Below, in pieces: positions 16,675-24,000 of a stretch of 24,000 nucleotides of DNA. The stretch lies in sequence record MK965969.1. One strand, 5' to 3'. This DNA comes from Salmonella phage DaR-2019a. Each line of letters begins with the position of its first letter. Position 1 is the first letter of the stretch. The translations under genes were made by a program, and so were the position numbers. A model generated the notes under the pieces. The model worked only from the letters and a program-made list of their open reading frames with translations, was not told the origin of the DNA and searched no databases.

Positions 16675-17055
16675 ATGGCATACCGCGCACCGAAATTCAT
16701 CAATAAAGAAAATTTTCGTAATGTATTAGAGAAGGCGCTTGATGAAAAATTTAACGGCAAAATAATTGTTGTTCACTCGTTCAATTTCAAGTATGATATC
16801 AACGGGAATAAAATCAACCATTACACGGCAACCATGTTAGATGGCAATTTTTCAAGTGAAAAAGCCGTACTGAATGCACTCGCTGGACGTGGAAAAAACC
16901 TGATAAGATGTGATAAGAGACGTTATCAGGGCGGCGCATATGGTTATGATGATGCTATCTATCATCTTGAAAATATGGGCTATCAAGTAGAAAAAGCTGG
17001 AGTATCACAAATCATCGGGAGTGATGGTTATGTAACAATCTTCAAAATTAAATAA
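16675..17055 (+). CDS. Small early-region protein, 126 aa (start revised from 16660)
   Basis: ATG after cassette TTGGAGAACTTAAAA. Confidence 0.75.
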   Translation: MAYRAPKFINKENFRNVLEKALDEKFNGKIIVVHSFNFKYDINGNKINHYTATMLDGNFSSEKAVLNALAGRGKNLIRCDKRRYQGGAYGYDDAIYHLENMGYQVEKAGVSQIIGSDGYVTIFKIK

Positions 17056-17060
17056 AGTAC

Positions 17061-17089
17061 TTTACAGGGGGCTTATAGTCCGATAAAGT
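17061..17089 (+). promoter_or_regulatory. Type A cassette promoter
   Basis: TTTACA-17-TAAAGT with GGGGCTTA/TAAGCCCC. Confidence 0.72.
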
Positions 17090-17140
17090 AAGCCCCAGAT
17101 AAAGAGCTTTACCACTAAATCCTAAATTGGAGATTCTAAA

Positions 17141-17431
17141 ATGGCTATTATCAAAAACGTTGTAATTACTGCAAAAACTCGTGATGACGCTCGCGTTATG
17201 GCTAAAAAGTTATGCGGGAAAGTGGTTGACAACGGAAAACAGTCTGCTGTAAGATGGGGCATAAAGGTTGATAAACATTTAACCTTGAAACGCAGTTCAA
17301 ATAACCTTTTTAAAGGTGTGGAAACACTCGGTAAAACAAACGTATACACTAAAAAATCATATATCAAACGCGTAGCCTTAACCTCCCCCATTCGAACAAT
17401 CAGAGGCTATGCAAAACTGAAAATTAACTGA
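17141..17431 (+). CDS. Small early-region protein, 96 aa
   Basis: ATG after cassette TTGGAGATTCTAAA. Confidence 0.75.
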   Translation: MAIIKNVVITAKTRDDARVMAKKLCGKVVDNGKQSAVRWGIKVDKHLTLKRSSNNLFKGVETLGKTNVYTKKSYIKRVALTSPIRTIRGYAKLKIN

Positions 17432-17439
17432 TAAAGTGC

Positions 17440-17468
17440 TTTACAGGGGGCTTAAAAGTTGGTATCTT
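17440..17468 (+). promoter_or_regulatory. Type A cassette promoter (variant)
   Basis: TTTACA-17-TATCTT with GGGGCTTAA (17447-17455)/TTAAGCCCC (17467-17475). Confidence 0.65.
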
Positions 17469-17519
17469 AAGCCCCAGATAAAGAGCTTTACCACTAAATC
17501 CTAAACTGGAGATTCAAAA

Positions 17520-18032
17520 ATGAAAACTGTAGACGCTACTTTTGAAGTTGTAAAAGAAAAATTCACTATTGTTTATGAAGCGGTAAATTGCTACGAAGCA
17601 AGCCATAATCTTGATAATTGGAAGTTTACAGATGACCATCAAGGCGGCGTGACTGTTAAAAACCCTAACTGTCAGCGTAATGATTTTAAATATGCAATCC
17701 CTTTAAATTATAGCCTTAAACAGCTTTCTAGTGACTATGCAAAACAAGGCCGGGAAAACCCATCAAAAGAGGCTTACACCAGCTTACAGAAAGAACTTGA
17801 AAGAGATTTAGAGGCTTCAGAATACAACCTTGCCGCGAAAGTTATCGATGCAAATGGCAACACGGTTTTAGAGAGTTTTTATCTAGGATATGCCTTTGAC
17901 TGGTGCTATAGTGACGGCGATGATTTAGAGGATAGACTAAAAGAAGAGGTGAGCAATTCAGACGCAGAAGCTGAAGTATTAGAACGTTTGGAATCATTAA
18001 AAGACTCAGTGATGAATATCTTTAAGAGCTAA
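17520..18032 (+). CDS. Early-region protein, 170 aa
   Basis: ATG after cassette CTGGAGATTCAAAA. Confidence 0.8.
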   Translation: MKTVDATFEVVKEKFTIVYEAVNCYEASHNLDNWKFTDDHQGGVTVKNPNCQRNDFKYAIPLNYSLKQLSSDYAKQGRENPSKEAYTSLQKELERDLEASEYNLAAKVIDANGNTVLESFYLGYAFDWCYSDGDDLEDRLKEEVSNSDAEAEVLERLESLKDSVMNIFKS

Positions 18033-18041
18033 AGAGATTTC

Positions 18042-18070
18042 TTTACACGGGGCTATCAAGCTGTTAAGAT
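18042..18070 (+). promoter_or_regulatory. Type A cassette promoter (variant)
   Basis: TTTACA-17-TAAGAT with GGGGCTATC (18049-18057)/GATAGCCCC (18068-18076), compensatory arms. Confidence 0.7.
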
Positions 18071-18119
18071 AGCCCCAGATAAAGAGATTTATCAACTGCC
18101 CTAAACTGGAGATTCAAAA

Positions 18120-18416
18120 ATGAAATTATCAAATAAAGTGCGTGAAAATTTGAGCAAGTTACTCAATAAAATTGATTTCATTGAAACATCAAGAAATAGC
18201 CACGATGTTATGGAATGGTTACACGGAAAAATCAAAGGTCGTCGCGTAGTGATTTGCTTATGGAATAGTTGCAGGGAGTATAAAAAACCTGTGTTGCAAG
18301 TAAATATTTATGATGATACTTTTAAAAGCCCAGTAAAGTCTAAAAGTGATTTACTAGATTCTTATGAGATAACTGTAAATGGCAAAGTATCACGTAAAGA
18401 GGAAACACCATGTTAA
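18120..18416 (+). CDS. Small early-region protein, 98 aa
   Basis: ATG after cassette leader. Confidence 0.75.
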   Translation: MKLSNKVRENLSKLLNKIDFIETSRNSHDVMEWLHGKIKGRRVVICLWNSCREYKKPVLQVNIYDDTFKSPVKSKSDLLDSYEITVNGKVSRKEETPC

Positions 18417-18742
18417 TAACTGGCATCACTGCAATCATTGCCATTTTCGCGCTCTATAAGGCATATAAAGCCTATAATCTAGCAAATAAGGCAATCACAC
18501 AACAGGTTAGCAATAACTTGGTAGAGAGCTTTCTAGGGCGTCTCAGTGATGAGCAAATAAAGCGGCTAGAGATGAGCTTCAGATACAAAGCGAAAACCTA
18601 TCAGCTAAGTGACATCTTCAAAGATGATTTCCAGTTAGTTGATGATTATAATTCTCTGATAAATGCTTTAAATATCAGTGACTTGAAAGACTATCACGCT
18701 GTAATTGTTCAAGAACTGAGCAAACGAAAACAAAACTGTTGA
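18410..18742 (+). CDS. Membrane-anchored small protein, 110 aa
   Basis: MLITGITAIIAIFALYKAYKAY N-terminal hydrophobic helix; ATG overlaps the upstream coding end. Confidence 0.7.
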   Translation: MLITGITAIIAIFALYKAYKAYNLANKAITQQVSNNLVESFLGRLSDEQIKRLEMSFRYKAKTYQLSDIFKDDFQLVDDYNSLINALNISDLKDYHAVIVQELSKRKQNC

Positions 18743-18767
18743 CACTGGTTTTTAGATAGATTAAATT
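18739..18767 (+). promoter_or_regulatory. Type B cassette promoter
   Basis: TTGACA-17-TAAATT, then hairpin GGGAGG/CCTTCC in the presumed 5' UTR. Confidence 0.82.
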
Positions 18768-18831
18768 ACACATCAACGGGGAGGGAATGACCTTCCCACT
18801 AAATAAAGTCCTTAAACTAGGAGATTCAAAA

Positions 18832-19104
18832 ATGTATACTACTAACAACGGTCGTACTTTAAATGTAACTTTACGTCACTATGTAGACGGTGTAATGCAC
18901 TTTGAGGATTTACGGGCTGAACAACATATCTTAGACTGGCAAGTATCAGGACTCCAAAAAACTGCTACGGGATACGGTAAAAAGATTCCAACCAGTTGGA
19001 AAGTACACTACGCAGGACGTTTGCGCAGAATTTATCAGGATGTTTGTAGCAATAGCGCATCGAGTTACATCATAGTAAAAGGTAAAAAACTGCATTTAGT
19101 GTAA
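18832..19104 (+). CDS. Small early-region protein, 90 aa (start revised from 18787)
   Basis: ATG after AGGAGATTCAAAA. The upstream in-frame ATG (18787) lies in the repeated hairpin loop. Confidence 0.7.
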   Translation: MYTTNNGRTLNVTLRHYVDGVMHFEDLRAEQHILDWQVSGLQKTATGYGKKIPTSWKVHYAGRLRRIYQDVCSNSASSYIIVKGKKLHLV

Positions 19105-19109
19105 AGTAC

Positions 19110-19138
19110 TTTACAGGGGGCTTATAGTTCGATAAAGT
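19110..19138 (+). promoter_or_regulatory. Type A cassette promoter
   Basis: TTTACA-17-TAAAGT with GGGGCTTA/TAAGCCCC. Confidence 0.72.
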
Positions 19139-19189
19139 AAGCCCCAGATAAAGAGCTTTACCACTAAATCCTAAATTGGAGATTCTAAA

Positions 19190-19594
19190 ATGGCTATTAA
19201 CAACCGTGAGTTATCAATCTTAAAAGCACGTTTGACCGTTAACCGGATTAATGTTATTACGTCATCAGCACCGGATGAAACATTGCACAATATTATTGGG
19301 AAGATTCAAAGTGTTATCTTAGACGTTGAAAATGTAAAAAGCTCATTGGCTGACGTTGCAGCAGGTATCACGCTAGACGGCGCACAATATGAAATGTCTG
19401 ACATGTTAGGCAAATCGAAGGTAATGAATAAAGAACTTGATTTAAAAATGTTTCGATTTGCCGTGAAAGTGTGGCTATCCGTCGAGTATGACGCCAATTT
19501 TGCAATCGCTGACTTCTTTGCCACTTGGTTACAACGTAATTTGACAAACCATGACTTTCGTGACATCTGCGACGCAATTTACGCAGAACTCTAA
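19190..19594 (+). CDS. Early-region protein, 134 aa
   Basis: ATG after cassette leader. Confidence 0.78.
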   Translation: MAINNRELSILKARLTVNRINVITSSAPDETLHNIIGKIQSVILDVENVKSSLADVAAGITLDGAQYEMSDMLGKSKVMNKELDLKMFRFAVKVWLSVEYDANFAIADFFATWLQRNLTNHDFRDICDAIYAEL

Positions 19595-19601
19595 AAAACT
19601 G

Positions 19602-19630
19602 TTGACACTGGTTTTTAGATAGATTAAATT
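19602..19630 (+). promoter_or_regulatory. Type B cassette promoter, near-identical to 18739 copy
   Basis: TTGACA-17-TAAATT. Confidence 0.82.
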
Positions 19631-19694
19631 ACACATCAACGGGGAGGGAATGGCCTTCCCACTAAATAAAGTCCTTAAACTAGGAGATTCAAAA

Positions 19695-19898
19695 ATGGCT
19701 ATTATTAACGGCTTAACCATTGAAACTACACACATCAAAGATATTAAAGTTGGTGATGTAGTTCTCTTTCACGGCGTAGAAAAAACCGTCACTGCAAAGG
19801 ATATAAAAGAGGATTCTTTCATGGGTAGGACGCTTTTCGGTGATTCTTATTGCTTAGGTTACCTTGCAGTTTTAAAAGTTGTCAAAAATAACAAATAA
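19695..19898 (+). CDS. Small early-region protein, 67 aa (start revised from 19650)
   Basis: ATG after AGGAGATTCAAAA; IKDIKVGDVVLFHG. Confidence 0.65.
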   Translation: MAIINGLTIETTHIKDIKVGDVVLFHGVEKTVTAKDIKEDSFMGRTLFGDSYCLGYLAVLKVVKNNK

Positions 19899-19903
19899 AG
19901 TAC

Positions 19904-19932
19904 TTTACAAGGGGCTTATAGTTCGATAAAGT
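19904..19932 (+). promoter_or_regulatory. Type A cassette promoter
   Basis: TTTACA-17-TAAAGT with GGGGCTTA/TAAGCCCC. Confidence 0.72.
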
Positions 19933-19982
19933 AAGCCCCAGATAAAGAGCTTTACCACTAAATCCTAAACTGGAGATTCAAA

Positions 19983-20525
19983 ATGAAATGCTTTCACGGT
20001 ACTACTCAAGAAAATTTTCTCAACCTGATTAATAACGGTGATAAACCATCAGGCGCATGGAATTGTTCGGATATGGATGGTAATTTTTACGTGTATCCAG
20101 AAAATAAAATCTATGGCGACGATGAGGAAGAGATAACATCTGAAGGCATTCAACAAGCATTAGGAAATGCCACTATTACGGCGGCCTTCCAGATGAAGAC
20201 TCAAAACATTGTTATCTTGGAACTTGATATTCCAGAGGATGAGCTAAATGACGATTATTCTTGTGATAATATGTCTGACGTGGCAAGTTTTGCAGGGCAC
20301 TTTGATGTAAGTTGGGTTAAAAAGGTTTACGTAACCGAGTTTAATGCGATGTTTTCGCCTTTTTGTCTTCCTTCATTGGATAACCCAAACTTAAACTATC
20401 TTGATGAGTCTTTGGAGCTTCTTGCTAAAAGTGTGCAACAGTCGGACAGTATTCAGGTTTTTTGTGACATCATGGACACACTAACGGGAAACATCGCAGA
20501 AGAGGATTTAAAGAGCTTTTTCTGA
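19983..20525 (+). CDS. Putative ADP-ribosyltransferase-fold protein, 180 aa
   Basis: MKCFHGTTQENFLNLINNGDKPSG...NFYVYPEN...ATITAAFQ...NIVILELDIPEDEL...DVSWVKKVYVTEF follows an H-Y-x ART layout by eye. Confidence 0.45.
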   Translation: MKCFHGTTQENFLNLINNGDKPSGAWNCSDMDGNFYVYPENKIYGDDEEEITSEGIQQALGNATITAAFQMKTQNIVILELDIPEDELNDDYSCDNMSDVASFAGHFDVSWVKKVYVTEFNAMFSPFCLPSLDNPNLNYLDESLELLAKSVQQSDSIQVFCDIMDTLTGNIAEEDLKSFF

Positions 20526-20557
20526 AAACCTATACAATCACCTTATAAACACTAATC

Positions 20558-20577
20558 AGCCCCTTGTAGGGGCTTTT
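20558..20577 (+). terminator. Rho-independent terminator
   Basis: AGCCCC TTGTA GGGGCT TTT. Confidence 0.7.
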
Positions 20578-20591
20578 AGGGGGCTTAAATC

Positions 20592-20825
20592 ATGCTTACA
20601 ACCATTTACCTCATCCTTTCCATTTGTAATGGCCATTCATGTGATTTTAAAGGGCTTGAAGAGTTCACAGGAAGTAAAGAAAATGCTATTCAAGTTTGTC
20701 AGATAGCACGGCAAGACTATCCCGCAAGTGATGATATACAGTGCTACTTTAAGACAGAAGATGACGAAGGAATCTATTTCGACAGTGTTGACGGACAATA
20801 TGAAATTATCATTGAAAAAGACTAG
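20592..20825 (+). CDS. Small possibly exported/membrane protein, 77 aa
   Basis: MLTTIYLILSICNGHSC N-terminal hydrophobic segment; acidic C-terminus. Confidence 0.6.
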   Translation: MLTTIYLILSICNGHSCDFKGLEEFTGSKENAIQVCQIARQDYPASDDIQCYFKTEDDEGIYFDSVDGQYEIIIEKD

Positions 20826-20851
20826 ACAAGCCTGATAAAAATCTGTAAATT
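20823..20851 (+). promoter_or_regulatory. Type B cassette promoter
   Basis: TAGACA-17-TAAATT. Confidence 0.65.
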
Positions 20852-20928
20852 GTCAATCAACGGGGAGGGGAATGACCTTCCCCACTAAATAAAGTCCTTA
20901 AACTACTTCCTAAACTGGAGATTCTAAA

Positions 20929-21270
20929 ATGGCTTATGTAACCGTAATTACCGATAAAGCTGGCGCATCTTGGTCAACTCAGGTTAGTGATAAGATGTCG
21001 CCTATGCAGTGCCTAAAATACTTTGAACAGTGGAACAAAGGCGAGGACACAAGCCCCTTTCAAGTGATGCAGATTATCCATGTAGACAACGAAGGGAAGA
21101 AAACAACTCTGAATAGTGAGTACTACGCAAGCCGTTTTGAAACGAGAAGTAAAACAATGAAGCTCTTACGTGAATCCGGTTACTCTCATATTGCCGCTCT
21201 AATCTGGGATGACCTGCTAAAAAGTCAGCGTATCAGCTATGTAAAACCTGAAAAAATATTCATCAGTTAA
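20929..21270 (+). CDS. Early-region protein, 113 aa
   Basis: ATG after CTGGAGATTCTAAA. Confidence 0.75.
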   Translation: MAYVTVITDKAGASWSTQVSDKMSPMQCLKYFEQWNKGEDTSPFQVMQIIHVDNEGKKTTLNSEYYASRFETRSKTMKLLRESGYSHIAALIWDDLLKSQRISYVKPEKIFIS

Positions 21271-21399
21271 TCAATAACTTACAAAAAACTTTTAAAAAAG
21301 TGTTGACAATACCCCTTGACATTGGTAACTTTGTTCGAGGGGGTTTATCTAAAAGGGATTCACTTAAAAGATTCTTTATAGATAAGCTTAAAAAATTGC

Positions 21400-21428
21400 T
21401 TGCAATCAGATATCAAAACAAGTAAATT
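21400..21428 (+). promoter_or_regulatory. Type B cassette promoter
   Basis: TTGCAA-17-TAAATT, then hairpin GGGAGG taataa CCTCCC. Confidence 0.7.
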
Positions 21429-21491
21429 ACTAATCAACGGGAGGTAATAACCTCCCCACTAAGTAAAGTCCTTAAACTAGGAGATTCAAAA

Positions 21492-22022
21492 ATGAACAAG
21501 TTCAAAGCTATCAACTACATCCGTTCAAGTAGTGTCATGTCAAAGCCTGTTAAAGATACCTATGAATTTCGTTGCAATGGGGTACACTTTGCAACCATCA
21601 CTAAATCAGAAAAAGGGGCTTATTACGTTCATCGTCGTAATGTTGCAACCGTTGTAGTCTCTCACTTTATGCAAGCTGTAGCGGAGTTACTACCGCTATT
21701 CTTAGGGATTTACTTGGATGAGTGTAAAAACGTTCGTAACCACGTTAAAAACCTTTTAAACGGTTATAAAATGGCTTATGAACGTTCTATCAAGTCATTG
21801 AACAAGTTCTATAAAGCCCCTGTAAATACTGTTTCAATGGCTTACAGTGTAAGCGGTGAGTTGGTTAGCCTCTTCGAAGTAGAAGAAATTGAACTATATG
21901 ACTCACGTCCTAGCGGTTACTCTAAGACACTGGGAGAAGGCTTATCTTTCAATATCAAGAACTTAGAAAAAACTTTAAAAGATATTGAAAAAGATATTGA
22001 CGAGACAATCAAAAATCTGTAA
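21492..22022 (+). CDS. Early-region protein, 176 aa
   Basis: ATG after AGGAGATTCAAAA. Confidence 0.8.
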   Translation: MNKFKAINYIRSSSVMSKPVKDTYEFRCNGVHFATITKSEKGAYYVHRRNVATVVVSHFMQAVAELLPLFLGIYLDECKNVRNHVKNLLNGYKMAYERSIKSLNKFYKAPVNTVSMAYSVSGELVSLFEVEEIELYDSRPSGYSKTLGEGLSFNIKNLEKTLKDIEKDIDETIKNL

Positions 22023-22025
22023 ATT
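21997..22025 (+). promoter_or_regulatory. Type B cassette promoter overlapping upstream CDS end
   Basis: TTGACG-17-TAAATT; the -10 contains the preceding stop codon. Confidence 0.7.
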
Positions 22026-22088
22026 GTCAATCAACGGGGAGGGAATGACCTTCCCCACTAAATAAAATCCTAAACTGGAGTTATCAAG

Positions 22089-22352
22089 ATGGAAAACGTA
22101 GAATTAACCACACTTTTACAAATTGCAACCGACAAAGAAGATGTAGCATTATTCCACCGTATCGAAAGTGATTTGTTCAATGGTGAAATCATCAAAGAGT
22201 CTTACGAAGTTGTCGGATTCAAAGATGGTAAAGCGTTTGGCTTTTTTGACCTCGACAAAAGCAACGCGGTTACAAAGTTCGATGTTTTATCTTGTGAGAT
22301 TCTTACAAAATACAACGAAAAAAGGCTTGCAACATACGCCAATATGCAGTAA
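22089..22352 (+). CDS. Small acidic early-region protein, 87 aa
   Basis: ATG after CTGGAGTTATCAAG. Confidence 0.75.
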   Translation: MENVELTTLLQIATDKEDVALFHRIESDLFNGEIIKESYEVVGFKDGKAFGFFDLDKSNAVTKFDVLSCEILTKYNEKRLATYANMQ

Positions 22353-22355
22353 ATT
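22327..22355 (+). promoter_or_regulatory. Type B cassette promoter overlapping upstream CDS end
   Basis: TTGCAA-17-TAAATT; the -10 contains the preceding stop codon. Confidence 0.68.
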
Positions 22356-22420
22356 ACTAATCAACGGGGAGGGAATGACCTTCCCCACTAAATAAAGTCC
22401 TAAACTGGAGAATCTAAATT

Positions 22421-22669
22421 ATGTCAACTATCCGCGTAACTGTTAATGCTTATGGCTGCCACCAACTTGATGCAAAATTCGATATCGGTGGAACAGATAA
22501 CACCTTTGACCTTATCAAAATGCTGATTCAGCAGGTGATACCAGATTATAACCCTACTGATGACTTCTGGAAAGATGCCGTAAAAGAAGCCATAAACGAG
22601 GAATCTCACTACCATTATTGGGGTGACTTGATTGTCTCTCTATACTACAGCAAACAAGGTTACAACTAA
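22421..22669 (+). CDS. Small acidic early-region protein, 82 aa
   Basis: ATG after CTGGAGAATCTAAATT. Confidence 0.75.
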   Translation: MSTIRVTVNAYGCHQLDAKFDIGGTDNTFDLIKMLIQQVIPDYNPTDDFWKDAVKEAINEESHYHYWGDLIVSLYYSKQGYN

Positions 22670-22707
22670 TCGACGCAGCGGGGCTAAATAGTCCCAGATA
22701 CCTTAAC

Positions 22708-22733
22708 AGCCCCTTAAACGGGGCTTTTTTTTT
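22708..22733 (+). terminator. Rho-independent terminator closing the small-ORF block
   Basis: AGCCCC TTAAAC GGGGCT TTTTTTTT. Confidence 0.9.
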
Positions 22734-23078
22734 ACGTCTATCAAATTCCTTTCCAGAATCTTAAAACCCACCTAACAAGTCAGAACTTTACCAATGATTC
22801 GATAGAATCTATCTCATACCTTAAAAGCAATAACTCTATAGTCTACTCTATAGCCTTTTATCAAATCAGTTTAAATATAAGCCCATAACCCGAAAGGGAA
22901 GGGCAACCACTAAAACACTCTATAACGCTCTATAACAGCCTTATCAATCTAACTTAAGGGATTGCATTAACTCACCCTTAAAAATCCTTTATAAAGCTTC
23001 TCAGAGCCTTAAAAGAATCTTATAAGGGTGTAAGCTTTATCGTCTCGTTAGTATTCTTGTGAATATCTAAAAAGGGCT

Positions 23079-23949
23079 TGTTAGTCACTAAAAAGTATGT
23101 TATAGGGGCTATAAAGTTACTTTGAAGTAGCTTAAAAGTTACGTAAATGCTAGCCCCCTTAACATTTTCTTAACAATTTCTTAACAAACCCTACATAGTT
23201 ATTCTTGTTAGCAACTTGTTAGCACCTTGTTAAATCTTTGTTAAGACCACGTAAAAGCCTTGTAAGAGTCTTTGGCATAGCCTTTAAAGCCCCTGTAAAG
23301 CCCTATAAAGAGCTATCTGTACAGTTGGGGTGTAACTACTAGGAAGAGACTTTAAAGGGGCTATACAGAGCTATACAGAGTTTTTAAGAGGTATGTTTAA
23401 AGAATCACTAAGAAAGGAAAGGGAACGATAAGAAAAGAGTAGTGACCATGTTAATAGCTTGTTAAAAAGATTAAACACTTGTTAGGAACTTGTTAATTAT
23501 CTTAACAAAATAACTCTTTAAAATTAACTTGTTAGCTCTTGTTAGTCATCTGTTAAGATTCTGTAAAGCCTATTCAGCACTTGTTAGAAAACTGTTAAGC
23601 CCTTGTTAGTTCTGTTAAGAAACTGTTAAGACCTTTAAAGAGTTGTTAAGAAAATGTGAGAACTGTTAAGAGATTGTTAAGGATATTTTAAAATTCTGCA
23701 AAGGGGGTGTTAAGGGACTGTTAAGGGCTACCAAGCAGATATACATCCTAGACAGATATTTTTGAGTTCCTTCAAAGACCCTAAAAAATGACTTGATAGT
23801 CCTATTTTATAAAAATTTTAAAATTCTGAATAATTACCTATACAGTCTTTTTAAAATACAGGTAGAAACAGGCTTATAAGATACCTTGTTAGTACCGTGT
23901 TAGACCTTGTGAGATAAGGTCTGTAAAGATATTCCTGTTAAGTTTGTTA
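23079..23949 (+). repeat. Array of short same-strand motifs, core TGTTA (CTTGTTAG / CTGTTAAG)
   Basis: More than 25 cores read directly, mostly spaced 9-11 bp or near multiples; no supportable ORFs. Confidence 0.85.
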
Positions 23950-24000
23950 AAACAGTCTATATAGAGGCTTAGTAATACCTAGTGAACACCTATAGAGGGT

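Noticed and set aside
22168-22395. 75-aa + strand ORF across the end of 22089..22352 and the next leader
   Set aside because: Different frame of a better gene, runs into the type B cassette; no RBS.
16586-22420. CRISPR-like array interpretation of the repeated leaders
   Set aside because: Units are ~85-100 bp, carry promoters and SD sites, and are separated by full ORFs of varying length rather than short uniform spacers.
23281-23400. CTATACAGAG tandem pair and CCCTATAAAG/CCTGTAAAG motifs as a separate element
   Set aside because: Only a few copies; noted as part of the low-complexity noncoding tract without independent support.
1-24000. tRNA/rRNA genes, transposons or integrases
   Set aside because: No cloverleaf-like segments, transposase/integrase motifs or terminal inverted repeats recognised by eye; tRNAscan-SE would be the decisive check.

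Overview
All supportable genes in this 24 kb window lie on the + strand, and it reads as part of a large tailed-phage genome. The gene content (nrdD/nrdG, a Prs-like plus NAMPT-like pair, rIIA/rIIB, a spanin pair) recalls Felix O1-like phages, but that placement is inference. Left part: 3' end of anaerobic NTP reductase nrdD (open to the window edge), an HNH homing endonuclease, nrdG, small ORFs, an HNH-like ORF, adjacent prs-like and nicotinamide phosphoribosyltransferase-like genes, an unlisted 58-aa membrane/DnaJ-type zinc-motif ORF, rIIA-like and rIIB-like genes, a secreted SLT-like protein, a HAD-like protein, an overlapping i-spanin/o-spanin pair, and a macro-domain protein. A long hairpin terminator and a noncoding GTGCAG repeat region follow (about 15.71-16.1 kb). 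Right part (16.1-22.7 kb): small ORFs mostly preceded by repeated cassettes. These carry sigma70-like promoters with exactly 17-nt spacing and two families of palindrome/hairpin, several with compensatory arm changes. One of these ORFs looks like an ADP-ribosyltransferase. From 22.73 kb to the edge there is no supportable coding. This tract carries more than 25 same-strand TGTTA motifs, most spaced at about 10-11 bp or multiples. Best leads: (1) the helically phased TGTTA array; (2) promoter-palindrome cassettes punctuating shuffled early genes; (3) a spread-out NAD+/ADP-ribose gene set (Prs-like, NAMPT-like, macro domain, candidate ART).
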